Shown one piece after another: positions 26,203 to 40,158 of a stretch of DNA of 64,000 nucleotides. This stretch comes from Camelus dromedarius (Eukaryota), in the NCBI RefSeq assembly GCF_036321535.1, contig NC_087437.1, positions 103,790,001 to 103,854,000 of the forward strand. The letters run 5' to 3'. Below the pieces are notes generated by a model that ran no database searches, had not been told where the DNA came from, and worked only from the letters and a program-made list of their open reading frames with translations. Each line of letters starts with the position of its first letter. Within the stretch, counting starts at the first letter, position 1. A program made the position numbers and the translations under genes.

Positions 26203-28498
26203 TCACATACCATGATCAAGAGGTATTCATCCCAAGGATGCAAGGATTTTTCAACAACCACAAATTAACCACTATGATACATCACATTCACAAATTGAAG
26301 AATTAAAAAAAAAAGATTGTCTCAACAGATGTAGAGAAAAGCTTTTGACAAAGTTCAACATCCGTGTTTGATAAAAACTCACCAGAAAGTGAGCATAGAG
26401 GGAACATAACATAATAAGGCCATATATGACAAACCCACAGCTAATATTATATTTCAAGGTAAAAAGCTGAAAGGATTTCGTCTAAGATCAGGATGCCCAC
26501 TCTTGCTATTTTTATTCAATATAGTTTTGGAATTCCTAGACACAGCAATCAGAGATGATAAAGAAATAGGAGAAATCCAAATTGGAGGAAGAAGTAAAAC
26601 TCACTGTTTGCAGATGATATGCTGCTATGTACAGAATATGCTAAAGATAGCACCAGAATACCACTAGAGCTCATCAGTGGCTTTGGTAAAATCTCAGGAT
26701 ACAAAATTAGCATATAGAAATCTTCATTTCTATACGTTAGCAACAAAACATCAGAAAGATAAATTAAGGAAACAATCCCATTTACCATCTCATTAAAAAG
26801 AGTAAAACACCAAGTAATAAACCTACCTAAGGAGGCAAAATACTTGTACTGAGCAAACTATAAGAAACTGATGAAAGAAACTGAAGAGGACAAAAACAGA
26901 TGTAAAGATATACTGTATTGTTGGATCGGAAGACTTAATATTGTTAAAATGGTCATACTACCCAAGGCAGTTTTCAGATTCAATGCAATCCCCATCAAAG
27001 TACCAATGGCATTTTTCACAGAACTAGAACAATATATTTTTAAATGTGTTTGGAAACACAGAAGACCCTGAATAGCCAAAATTATCTTAAGAAAGAAGAA
27101 CAGAGCTGAAGGAATCATGTTCACTGATTTCAGACTATACTAAAAAACTACATTAATCAAAACAGTATGGTATTGACACAAAAACAGACACATAAATCAA
27201 TGAAACAGGAAATAAACCCATGTATTTATGTCAGTTAATCTATGACAAAAGAGGCAGGAATATACAATAGAGAAAAGACAGTCTCTTCAATAGTAGTTCT
27301 GAGAAAGCTGGACAGCTACATGTAAAAGAATAAAACTAAAACATTCTCTAGCACCAAATAAAGAAATAAACTCAAAATGGGCTAAAGACTTAAATGTAAG
27401 ACCAGATATTATAAAATTCCTAGAGGAAAACACAGGTAGAACATTGACATAAATTGCAGCAATATTTTTTTGGATCTGTCTCCTAAAGGGAAAAAAAAAG
27501 CAAAAACTAAACAAATGGGACCTAATTACATGCAAAAGTTTTGTATAGTCCAGTAAACCAGCTACAAAACAAAAAGACAATTTACTGAATGGGAGATAAT
27601 ATTTGCAAATGATATGACTGATAAGGGGTGAACATCTAACAAAAAAATGAGCAGAAGAACTGAATTGACACTTTTCCAAAGAGGAAATGTAGATGACCAA
27701 CAGGGACATGAAAAGATGCTCAATATCATTAATCATCAGGGAAGTGCAAATCAAAACCACAATAAGATATCATCTCACAACTGTCAGAATTGCTATCATC
27801 AAAAAGAACACAAATAATAAGCATTGGCAAGGATATGGAGAAAAGGGAACCTTTGTATACTGTTGGTAGGAATGTAAATTGATGCAGCCATTGTAGAAAA
27901 CAGTATGGAGGTTTCTCAAAAAACTAAAAATACAACTACCATATGACTCAGCAATCCCACTCCTGAATACATGGTGAAAGAAACAAAAACATTAATTTAA
28001 AAAGATTCATGCACCCCAATGTTTATAGCAGCATTATTTACAATTGCCAAAATATGGAAGTAAATAAAGTGTCTACCAAGAGATGAATGGAAAAGATGTG
28101 GTGTACATACACAATGGAATACTATTCAACCACAAAAAAGAATGAAAATTTGCCATTTGCAGCAACATGGATGGACTTGGAGGGCATTAGGCTAAGTCAG
28201 ACAGGGAAAGACAAATACTGTATACTATCAGTTATATGTGGAATCTAAAAAATACAAACTAGTGAATATAACAAAAAAGGAAGCAGACTCTCAGATGCAG
28301 AGAACAAACTAGTGGTTACCCGTGGAGGTGGGGAGGGGCAATATAAGGATGGGGGTGTGGGAGATACAAACTACTGAGTGTAAGACAGGCTACAAGGATA
28401 TATTGTACAACATGGAGATGGAGAATACTTTGTGATAACTGTAAATGGAGTGTAACCATTAAAAATTATATAAAAAGTAAACATTTAAAAAAGATGTC
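26203..28498 (+). mobile_element. 5'-truncated LINE-1 (decayed ORF2 RT/C-terminus + 3'UTR)
   Basis: ORF 26871-27071 (…[28 protein letters not shown]…) is L1 ORF2p-like. TTTGCAGATGATATG (FADDM motif) ~26607. Many stops and frameshifts. Candidate TSD AAATGTTGGA (26193-26202) / AATTGTTGGA (28499-28508). Confidence 0.95.
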
Positions 28499-29390
28499 AA
28501 TTGTTGGACACCTAGGAAACAGATTTGAGATGAATGTTTGCTATCTGAGCATCAGTGAACTGTTTTGTGATTTAAAATTAGCTGTAAATGATCTTCCATG
28601 TTGGGCCCACATAATTATCATACATCTTAATTTGTTGTTAATGAATGTCCCAGGTAACTGCTTGGTGCTTTAATTTCATGGAAGTCATCAGAAATTAACA
28701 GCTTTTAACACTCTCTCTCTTGATCTTGTGGCAAAAGTTCATTAACCTTATCTTTGGACAAAATCAGCTTCAGCTAAATTAATGCAATTCTCTGCCAACT
28801 TGATTTTAATGAGTCCCTTAAACCTAATGGCCTCTTACATTGTGTAATCTTTTGTGCTCACTGATGAGACACAGCGTTCACCTCAAGTAAAATCATCTCC
28901 GATGAAATTAGATTATAAATCTCCTTCACACATTTCTATCCATTACTATAGTATTTTAAATACTGTTATGAAAATCATGGCTGTTTATACTCCAAGAGCT
29001 ATCCATACACCAAACATATTTAATAGACATCTTCTAAAAATCTGATTTTTTTTATTGGTGACCTATCTTACTACCAAAATAAGACCTGTCTTGGTATATC
29101 TTATGACCAAAATCAGATCTTATTAGGTTGGTTATACCATAATATGTCTCAACTCATCCCTAGAATAAGACACTTCATCAGACTTGTAACATTTCATTCA
29201 CAAGAGATTGCCAAAAATCTGGGGATAAATGTATATTCTGAAGATAAATAAACATTTTGAAATACTTTGAAAACAAGAGAGTTTCTTCACTTCAGCAAGA
29301 ACTTTAATTAAATAATACTAAACAAATAAAAGATCTGTTAAGTATACCAGTACTTCTAATGGAGGTGGATGTTATTTTTAAAAAATGATA

Positions 29391-29530
29391 GGGGAGGGTA
29401 TAACTCAGTAATAGAGTGCATGCTTAGCATACATAAGGTCTTGGGTTCAATCCCCAGTACCTCCACTAAAAATAAATAAATACACAAATATATAAACTTA
29501 ATTCTCTCCCAAAAAATTAAAAATGAAAAA
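29391..29530 (+). mobile_element. tRNA-Ala-derived SINE (Vic-1-like)
   Basis: GGGGAGGGTATAACTCAGT…CTTAGCAT (AGC anticodon loop relic)…GGTTCAATCC (B box 29444-29453), AATAAA tail. AAAAATGA occurs on both flanks. Confidence 0.9.
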
Positions 29531-30149
29531 GAAAAAGAAAACCAGCAATGCAGTGTATGAAGGCAGGGGGAGGAAGTCATATGGAGAATGCAGAAAATAC
29601 CCTCACCGGTCACTGTGTCAGAAGAAACTCTCACTAACATCCTGGCCCCTTTACTACCCTCCAAACTACAACTTTTGAGAATTTCAAAGAGGCAGTGGGA
29701 AGCCGCCAATCAGTTCCAGAATACGAAAAAAATGGGAAAATATCTGGATGCAAATTATACAAGAATAATCTCTATCAATATGATGCCCATGTGGTGGCAC
29801 CAGATCATCTGAAATAGAAATATTTTATATTTTACGTGACTTTACCCACTACCACAAGGTCAACTTGGCCACTGTACTCAGTCAACCCTAGTGAGAAAAT
29901 CTTTCAATATTGGTGAAGATGTCTCTAGAGCATTCCTCATTATGTCAACAGCATAATACTGATAAAACCATCAATGAAAAATCTGGATGAGAACCTGAGT
30001 GAGCATCATGGTTGTTCTGAATACAAATGGATTTCATACAACTGTGGTCAATAGTGGTTCTAAATATGGTTTGGTTAATACACAGACACATAGAATGCAA
30101 GTAGCTATAAAATAATGTATCATGTAAGCAATCCATTTGGGAAGTTTAG

Positions 30150-33100
30150 AGTGCAAAATCTAGTAACAGATAAATTTATGGGTCAAAGGTGAAATTACAA
30201 AAGAAACTAGAAAATATTTTGAGATAAATGACAAATGATTATAATATATCATAAAGTGGGCTTGTGTAAGAAAAGAATGAGCTAAATTTTGTGAACTCAC
30301 ATTCAACACTACCAAATCAGAAGCAAAGTAAATACAAAGTGAGTAGAAGACAGCAAACATAAAGATAGGAGCAGAAATCTTTGAAATTAAGAACAAACAG
30401 ACAGTAGAGGAAATCAAAGTTAAAATGGGTACACTGATGTTTGATAAACCTCTAGCTGAACTCTAGCTGATAAAGGAAAACCTCTAACTGATAAAGGAAA
30501 AAAAAAACAACACAAATTGACATTCTTGGGAATGAAAAAGAGGTTATTATAGATTTTATAGACATCAAAAGATTAGCAAGATAACACTATGAACCAAGGT
30601 ATGCCCCCAAATTCAACAATTTGGATTAAATAGACAAATATCTTAATATAAACTATTTATCATAATTGACATCAAATCTTAAAAATAGAAAATTGATCAC
30701 ATTATCAAAATTTTTCCAAAAATAAAAATTTCAGGTCCAGGTGGTTTTAAGTGTTCATTGTAATGACATATTAGAGAAAACAGGAGGAAAAAAACTCATC
30801 TTAAATAGCTGTTTCAGCAACTTGAAGATGAGGGATTACAGCTCAACTATCTCTCCAACCCCCATCTTTGGAGGCTGGTATTACCCTAATACCAAGAACT
30901 GATAAATATATCAAAAATAAGGAGGAGAAAGGTAAGGAGAGAGATGGGAGAGGGTGAAAGAATAAGAGGCAGGGAGAGAAAATGAGAGACAATAGATCAG
31001 TGTGTCTTATAGATGGAACAATGCTTATAAAAAAGTAACAAATTGAACCACTGAACTGAATAAAATAAATGAAATGGTCAGCACATCAGTACTAAGTAGT
31101 GTTTATTCCAGGGATGAAAAGCAAGTCTTACATTTTCAAAACAAGTATAATTAACAGGAGAAAGCATAAGTTCCTTCCAATGTATGTAGCAAAATGTTTG
31201 AAAAACTACAACACTCACTCATGACAAAATGCTTAATAAATTAGGAATAGTAAGGAACATTCTCAGATTGTTAAATGGCATCTATAAAAACCTTACACCT
31301 GTGGACAAAGAATAACATGCCCAACATTATACTTAATAGTGAAAGACCTGAATTTTGTCTCTTTAAGATTAAGGATAAGGCAAGGATCCCTACTTTCATC
31401 ACTTCTATTCAGTATTTTACTGGAGGTTCTATTATTGTACAAAGGTAATAAAAATTAATAAAAGACCTAAAGAGAGGAAAGAAATATAAATTTTCCTTAT
31501 TATTTATGATTGTTAACATTAACAATTCCGGAATGTCTATAGAATACCTACTAGAACTAAGAAATGAATTTAGCAAGGTCATAGGATACAAGGATAATAC
31601 ACACACACACACAAAAAACCAAAATCAAGATTGTTCTTATATTCTGGTTGCAAACTATTAGAAAATTTTAAAACTATTTCTTTTATAATAGGACTGATGG
31701 CATAACTACCTGGAGATAAACTTAATCAAAAGATGACTAAAACATGTGATCTTGAAACAAAAAATATTGAAATTAAATACAACCTGAATAAATAAAAAGA
31801 TACACAATGCTAAAGAGTTAGAAGGCTGTATTTTTGTTAAAATGGAAAATCTTCCCAAATTCACCTACAAAGTCATTCCTATACCTCTCAAAATTTCATC
31901 AGACTTTTTGGTAAGTATTGGCAACCTGATTATAATTTAATTGAAGTATATATAGAATAACCAAAGAAAAATTTTTAAAGAGGTTAGAGGACTAATAACG
32001 TTGTCTATTTTCCAGATTTACTATATATCTGTACTAATCAAAATAATTTAGTATTGACCAAAACATAGACCTGTACGTTAGTGGAAAAGAATAAGAATTC
32101 CATATCCCTGAATGTGAAATTTTCTCATATAGGGTCAATTTACCTAAAGCAGATTCCAACGCAATTTAATGGAAAAGTTAAAGACAACAAAGTATGCTGA
32201 ATCAACTAGATATACATAGGGAAGAATGCAAACATCACATTTTACCTCATGCCACAGAAAAAAATTTGATACAAAATGGATCATTGACTTCAATGAAAAA
32301 CCTAAACCTGTAAAATTTTTAGAAGAAAGTAGGAGAAAATATTTCCCATTTTGAGGCAGAAAAAAGTTTTCTTAGGATACAAAATATGTGATCCATAAAA
32401 CAAAATGAGAATTAGATTTCATCAAAATTAAAGTTTTTGCTCTATGAAAGACACCTTTTAGAAAAGAAAATGGCAGGAAACAGGATGAGAAAATAATGGA
32501 AAATTGTGTACTAGATAAAGGTTTTATATTCAGAATAAATATTTTATAAACACAACTAAATAATAGAGAAGGATAACAACAAAAAACAAAACACAATTTC
32601 AAAACAACAAAAGATTTGTACACACATTTCACCAGATGCACAGATAGCAAATAACCCCATGAAAATATATTCAACAACATTAGCCTTTGGAAAAATGTGA
32701 ATTAAAACCACAATATGATAGCACTGCACAACCACTGGAACAATACATTAAAATATACTGATCATCCTAAGTGTTGATGAGTTTGTGGAGCAATTTAGAT
32801 TCTTGTGTACTCCTGGTAGGAATATGAGATGATACACTTTCTTCCGAAAAAAGGTTTTTAAGTGATTGTTGTTTGCCTACTACATGACTTGCCAGTCCAC
32901 TCTTACCTCTACCCACCAAAAATCAAAACATAAATCCACGTGAGCCAGGAGGGAAGGGGGCAAGGTATGGTCATGTCAAGAATGACACAGCAATTAACAT
33001 CAAGATGGAAGAAGATTCAACTCCCAGTAGACCTTGAGGCCCAAGATGGGGGGAGTTTTGACTTTTAGCAGACCTGTTCGTCACTATACGCTCATTGTAA

Positions 33101-34090
33101 TATTAATATGGTAAATGACACTCCCACAGGGGCCATGACAGTTAGTTCCAAGGCTAACCGTAAAAGGTCAAAAAGTGGGCAGTAGACCAATTCCTGGGAA
33201 TCGCCGCCCCTTCCCCAAAGTAGTTGGAATATTCCTCCCACTTGTTAGCATATGTAGTTACTAAGACCATAAAAACTAACAAACCCCACACACCTCATGG
33301 CCGCTCTCCCTTCTGTGTGAGATGGATCGCACTCTGTCTATGGAGTGTGTATCTACTCTTACTTTAAACCGAGCACCCAAGCCCTACACCTCATGACCTT
33401 TCCCTTGCCTTCTGAAACAGCCTGCACTCTGTCTATGGAGTATGTATCTCTCTGAATAAATCTACCTTTACTTAACTGTGGCTCACTCTTGAATTCTTTC
33501 CTGCATGAAGCCAAGGACCCATACTTGGTGGGTCATGTCCTAGGGGCTCAACTGAGACCTGGGACATGGCCATCCTCTCCCATATCTTTTTTTCCTGTAT
33601 CATGCACAAAGCCTCATATTCAAATGTCCATGGCAGCTTTCTATGCAATAGCCCCCAGATGCAAACAACTAAAATGCCCCTCAACACTTAAGTACATAAA
33701 TTGTGGCATATTCATACAATGCATAACTACTTAGCAGTAAAACAGAAGGAAATTTCAATACATGAAAAATAAAGGTAGATCTCAAAAGCAATATGCTGAG
33801 TCAAAAAATTCAGGCAAAAATGCATACCTATTTACATAAAGTTATAAAAAACGCAAACTACTTAGAAGAAAGCTGGTCAGTGACTTCCTTGCCTGAGGAT
33901 GGGGATGGAAGGATACTCAGACTAAAAGTCACATGAAAGTGCTGGTGGTAAAGAAAACATTTGTTATCTTGATTGTGGTGATGTTTTTAGGTATGGAAAT
34001 ATATATGTATCAAAACTGATCACTTCTTCACTTAAATATGTGCAATTTTTTTTAATTCAAATATTCTTCAACAAAGCTTACAAAAATCAA
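30150..34090 (+). mobile_element. Old, heavily decayed L1M (ORF2 + 3'UTR), interrupted by an LTR
   Basis: A-rich collinear ORF2 relics (CAGGTCCAGGTGGTTTT, TTTATTCCAGGGATG, GAATTTAGCAAGGTCATAGGATACAAG, AATTAAAACCACAAT) followed by an L1M 3'UTR. Confidence 0.85.
32941..33602 (+). mobile_element. MER41-like ERV1 solo LTR
   Basis: TG start and …TGTATCA end; TSD CACG/CATG (CpG decay, overlapping the terminal CA). MER41-type blocks CTCCCAC…GCCATGACAGTT, TTAGCATAT, CTCTGTCTATGGAGT, AATAAA, GAATTCTTTCC. Confidence 0.9.
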
Positions 34091-34645
34091 ACAAACAATT
34101 GTCTTCTACCAGAAAGATAAACAAGGATTTATCATCTTGGTAAACTAATGCCAAAATTCAGCATAGCCCCTCATAATTCACAGTTAAAGAACGAGTTTGG
34201 TCTATTAATTTTCCCTCTTGGAAAAACTGATCAGTGAGAAGTTAGCCCAAAATAAAGAAAAAACCAAACAAACAAAAAGCTAGTCCCTGATTTTATAGTG
34301 TCTTCACAACTGAAGGGGAATTCTGAACTAAATTTCTTTCTTTTGAGCCCAAGCTCCTTTATTTCACAATGCAGAAGAGGCTCAGCAGGGTAGGAAAATC
34401 CTACAAGGTGTAGTTCAGAGACTAATGGGGAAGGTATCAATAGCCCCAATGCCACAGAAATCCTTGATTGAGAGGGTCATAGGGAGTTGACAAACCCAGA
34501 TAAAGACAGAAGCCCTGGATATAAAATTGTCCTCTCCAGATTGAATGTGTTTCATCCAGCCGGACAAAGCTTTCACTCATATCATCATAGTTATTTCTGT
34601 GGTTTTTAATATTGTAAAAGTCACACATGAAACAAACAAGGAAAT

Positions 34646-34667
34646 CACACACACACACACACACACA
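34646..34667. repeat. (CA)11 microsatellite
   Basis: Direct reading. Confidence 0.95.
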
Positions 34668-35384
34668 AATTAACGTAATTTGGAAAATGTCCCCTTATGG
34701 AGTTTTGTGGTCTTTCTGGATTAGGGATGGGTATGCATGTCTTGGTTTAATTTGAGTGCTCTGGACTAGAAATTCTGGTCATCATCATCCCCTAAGTATG
34801 AGACTGTGTCAGAGTGTTCAAGTGTATAGTTTCCAGTGTCATTAAATGCTGTTTTGCCATCTTTGTCCAAAGGATTACACAATAACAAAGAAAAAAGAGA
34901 AAACCAGACACTCACAGAGAAAGAAATACCAGCAATGAGACATTGATATGCAGTCTGTACACCTCAACTCACTCCCACAGATGGCAGTGTTTATCCTCCG
35001 ACTAAGGATGAGAATATACACAGGAGGGGACTGAGAACAGAGATCACCTGAGTCTGCATGACTCTGCTGTTAGCACCAGGATATTTTTTGCCTAGAAAGA
35101 CTGCAAAAGAAAAAAAGAATAATTTCTCATTTGCTTCAGAAAACTCTTTACAAACCAATTTTTCTGGGTAAATGATTTTCTCTTTTAGTCATATATTGCC
35201 TTATCAGGGCAACAGTTTGCTTATCTGGACAAATAACTAACCTATGAGGCAAATCGTCTGCTGGTCAAACTTGGCTTCAATCTGTGTTAAATTCTCCCTA
35301 TTTGGTTAAATACAATACTTATAAAAGAAAAGTTATATTACTCACATTATCATATGTAAACATGATACATACCCAAGTTCTTTT

Positions 35385-35388
<4 letters not shown>

Positions 35389-35428
<40 letters not shown>
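35389..35428. repeat. (AC)20 microsatellite
   Basis: Direct reading, uninterrupted. Confidence 0.95.
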
Positions 35429-35433
<5 letters not shown>

Positions 35434-35569
35434 AGGTTCCATGAGTTGACCAATTAATGTCATTAAAATATCTTCGCTTCCTCACCTCTTCAGTGTCACT
35501 GGTGGAAAAGGCCAGCATGCCAAAGGCTTTTTTTTTCCCTTGTAAATACAGGAATTTTATTTTCTCAAA

Positions 35570-36500
35570 TTTTTTTATTATTGAAAGAAATTATTTTTCT
35601 TGATTGCACAAGTGAGCTATCATAATACATATATATATATATATAAAATCTAGCAGTACAGAGAAATACAACAAAGAAAGTAAATATCATCCCAAATTAA
35701 TTACAATGTAGTAAGCACGATGATACCCGTTCACTTTGTGTATTTACAAAACAAGAAATTCAATGCACGCAGAGCTTTCATTCAACATATATAATGGGCG
35801 TCTTTCCAAATCATTAAATACAGAATGCCATAATAATTTTAACAGCTGCTTAATAAATCCTTATAAATATTTATAAAGATTGATTTAACCAGCCCTCTAC
35901 ATATGAATATATTTTTCTCACATTTTCTATAATTTGAATAAACTATAATTGTGATGTTTAAAATTTATGTATATGGTACTTTACGTGTATCATTATGAAA
36001 AGTTCATAGCAGTTATCTGGTTTGGTCAAAAATAACTACTTATACTTACAGTGAGTATTCACCTGCAATGACCATGAGAATATTTAGATTAATTTGCACT
36101 CCGAGAGAGTGAGTAGAATATTTCTGCACTCTCTTTCCAAAATTTGACTTTCTCAGCCTCTTAAGTACTTGTATAACTTAAGTATAATATGAAAACTACA
36201 TACTAATTTGTTACGCATGTTATTTGTTACTAATGGAGTTGAATAACTTACCATGAATTTATCAACTATATATATATATTTTTTTTATTTTTTTAAATAC
36301 AAATGCTTAAAATCTTTACTCAGTTTTTCATTTTTATTATTGTTCATTTTTATGTATTCCTTTATATTGGGAACAGACTCTTCGTCATGTATGATGCAAA
36401 CCTTTTGCTACTTTTTATTAAATCTAGTTCATTATAACTTTTTAGTATATCTAGCACATTTTAATCAATTATGGTCTACAGTTTAAAATGTGTGTTTAGT
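35570..36500 (-). mobile_element. Very old L1M relic
   Basis: Degenerate antisense L1 3' motifs (GATTTAACCAGCCCTCTA, TAATGGAGTTGAATAACTT, GCAAACCTTTT). Confidence 0.4.
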
Positions 36501-39500
36501 CAAAACTAAGTTTTATCACACACAGTGTTACAGAATTTTGAAATTCACATATAATCAAAGTAATTACTTTGGCATGATTTTGACTAATAAATTCTTTCAT
36601 TTTTTTACACTCTTATAAGAATAAACAGTTTTGACCAAAAAAAAAAAAAAAAAAAGGTAGAGATGTACGGTACAACTAGAAGTGGGGGAAGGGGACTGTG
36701 AATTATGTTCTTTAGAAAATATGAGTCTTTGCCTTACTTTGGTAATTAAAGTTTGGCTCTCTTTTTCAAGTTGCCTTAGTTCATTTTGGCTGTGAGGAAG
36801 ACAGGAGGATGCCTGTGAATGTACTTTTACAAAATCATTTGTTTTAATAGCCCTTGTATATGAGATTATATTCACAATATTTTAATGAGCAGTAGTCAGT
36901 CAAAACAGATGCTGCCTGGCCTAGAGGAAGATTCCAGGCGGACCACTGCTGGGAAAGGTCTTAATTCTTTATTGTTTGATGTACAGAGGTCCTTGGGAGT
37001 TGGGAGGAAAAACAGCATGGCTAGGGTGGCCTGAGCTGGGGAAGAAGGAAGCACTCAGCGGTCAATGAAAGCATTTCAATACTTTACCAGTCACTACGGC
37101 TCTCAGATATACTAAAACACACCAGCTAAATAACATATTCTGTCCTTCTTAATTTTATCATTTCATGGAGATATAAAGCTAAAGTATTGTATTTTGTTTA
37201 AATTAAGACTTCAGCCCTCTTTTTCATTATCAAACATATGATTCATGTATTCTTGATTTACTGTTAAATGACAGCCTATCTGACTGAACTAGTTAAAGGC
37301 TATTAAGTGATCAGTTCAAGGTGTTAACTTACTATTTATGAAAGTAAAGGGAGTTATTAACATCATTTTGATCAATATCAGGTGATAGAATATATTCATA
37401 GTTAAGTTTCCAGAGTCTCCCAAGAAGTGAGAATGTTCCTCCACTATGTTCATTTCCCTTCAGTCCTTGATGCGATTTCTCACTCATTCCACCTCCAAAA
37501 GCTTGAGGTTTCCACGTGCACTCAGTGTAGGGAATATGGGTCTTATTTCTTACCCACCTCCTCCTCCACTCACGAAAGCTGTTTCATACTCTGCCAGAGT
37601 TTAAACTTGGTGATGGTGGGTAGGAAGAGAAAGACACAGCCAAGCTGTCACTTCACCTCTGCTCCTTCTGGTGGGTATTTCCGTGTGCACTGCAGAAGCT
37701 CCCCAGCAAGCAGTGCCTCTCCTTCCTCTGGCTCCTCCTGTTCCCTCTCAGTGACTGATTTTCTTACATTCTTCCTCACATAGACCTGCTTCATGGTCCT
37801 GCCATCCTAGCCTAGAAGACGGTCTGAAGCAAGATCCCTTTTAAAGGATCCTGGTCATACACAGTTAGATTGAGTTCTGTCATGCAGCCCTGAGTTTCAT
37901 GTTTCAATTACTATTTACGGTTGTCAGAAGGAAGTGCAGTTATTTACTAAGTCAGCAACAACCCCTACAGAGCCCTCATTCCTTCCATCTCTCTACCCAA
38001 CCTACTGCCAAAGACAGAATCCTTAAATTCCACAGCCACAGACTAGTATCTTCAGATCCCTCAGGCAAGCATCCAAAGTCATTCATGGGTAAGCCCATCA
38101 CTGCAGGGCACCTCGTTTTAATTCTCTGAGTGATCTCCCTGAAGGCCCTCCCAGCAAGCTATAGCTCAGATGTCACCAGCGCCCTTCATTTCTTGGGGGT
38201 GCTAACTGATATGGGGTGTGGAGGGACTTTCAGAGTATGACAATACTTTTTTTTCAAGGACATATCTTTAGCAACACACATTAAAAACAAACACAAAAAC
38301 AGAATCTTCTTGAGCCTTTTTATACCCTTGATCTAAATGAAGGTTATCCTAAAGTGTTCGAAAATGAAATACCTGGCTGTTTCCTTGAAAATTTTCATTT
38401 TGGCCAGTCTCCCACCTCACTTTGGAATCTGATACCTATGCTATCTCAGACATTCACAGGACATTCCCAAATTAACATCCCATGACAAATGTTTCAAAGT
38501 GACACTCTGGGAAGAGGGGGAACAGGGAGAAGAGGGAGACAGAAGTATCTCAGCATAATTTATTTTGCAGAAGAAAAGAAGTAAAATATTTTTTCTCTGT
38601 ATTCATTGCTATTATATTTAATAGAAGAAAATAAATTACTGAAAGAAAAAGCAATCAATGTTGCTTTTCTGCAAAGCATTGCAGAAATATGGAAAGAATT
38701 TATATATAAATTTCAAAAAAAATTGATGGCAATCACATACTAAGAAACAGGAAGCAAAATAGACTTTTTTTTTTTTTAATAGAAAAGAAACTTGAAAGTA
38801 AAAGAAGGATTGTAAACAAACAGTTTCAGGTTCTCTGCCTTTATTTCTTCCATTTTCTGCTGGGTTATCACCTCAATTCTCACAAATACTGCCAACCAGA
38901 GACTGAGGTACGTGCATCTATCATGCAAGAAATTGGTACTACATGAAGCCTCTTTTGAAGTATCTTGACTCGAATCTAAAGTTAGAAATGTATATTTTGG
39001 TGTCACACTCTGTACTTTGGTCCTGTCTCTGAAGTTTTAATGTCCTCAGAAGACAGCAAAAAGTTTGTGGTTTTTAAATTTTTTTTTCCCCTTTTCAACC
39101 TCATTTCACTCTCTGAAAGTTTAAATATGCCTAACTAACTACATTGGCTAAGGTTGGCATTTTAAAATGCCATTGAATCTTCACAGTGTAAAGGATCTTT
39201 CATAGTTTAAGAAAACCCACACACAGGGTAGATTTGTTTATGACCAATTAGTAAGCTTAGATATCTCACATAACACAGGATTCCTTCAAGGCAGCACACA
39301 TCTAGCTAAGATTCATTCACAGTGACAAGGAAATGGCAGACCTCTGATTTTTTATTTCTGTGTATATACATACATATTTAAAATATGGTAGACAAACATC
39401 TTCAAGGACATTTCCTTTAAAACTGAAATGTCATCATCATTTTAGGAATGTCTGTGAGTGAAAACCACCTTGAAATATTTAATAATTAAACATCTGCTAA

Positions 39501-40158
39501 TTTCTCATCAGAAAAACTCCTGTTGAGAAAGGGGTGGAAATTCAGTATGATTTAGTTGTTGCAACATTGAGCAATCAGTATGAGAACAGATTGCAAACTT
39601 TTGACATTAGCTTAAATTTCACAGATAGAAAATCAGAAAAAATGCTATAATTTTCTTACTTTACCATTTTTTCTCACAAAATAAAATCATGTATCTCTAC
39701 TGAGTCTCTAAGCAGAGACTCATTCCAAACAACAGCTCCATTACTGAGGTGGTTTTTTTTTTTTTTTTTTTAGTGTCACTAATCCCATCAGTTAAATTTC
39801 CTTCCTACACATAGACATTAAAAAAAATATACAAATATTTACTAGTTTTTTGTATATTGCTCTAGTCTTTTTTAGACTGTCTCTATGCTGATATTCAAGT
39901 ATGTATTAAACTCAGATTTCCCACACCATTTGATATTCAATATTTTTTTTTCAAAGTTTCACTTGTGGTGTTGAATTTCATGTAAATTAACTGGTTAACT
40001 GCTAAGTAGTATGTGGCATGATTAGACAGAGATAATTCTGTGTCAACTGATGTTACACGTGCAGCTTTGGTTTGTTTCCTTGTCCTGTCTTAAAATCAGG
40101 ATCTTAAGAGCAATATTTAGATTAGCTAAAAAAATTTGCCAAGAATAACTGAATTTTA

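Noticed and set aside
26272..27760. Several ORFs on both strands (up to 157 aa)
   Set aside because: Sense and antisense frames of a decayed L1 ORF2 with many stops; not host genes.
29391..29465. tRNA-Ala-like sequence (also at 3596)
   Set aside because: Stems are mismatched and it runs into an A-rich tail with TSD-like flanks, so it is a SINE head, not a tRNA gene.
35856..35881. AT-rich palindrome TTATAAATATTTATAA
   Set aside because: All-AT low complexity within an old L1 relic; expected by chance.
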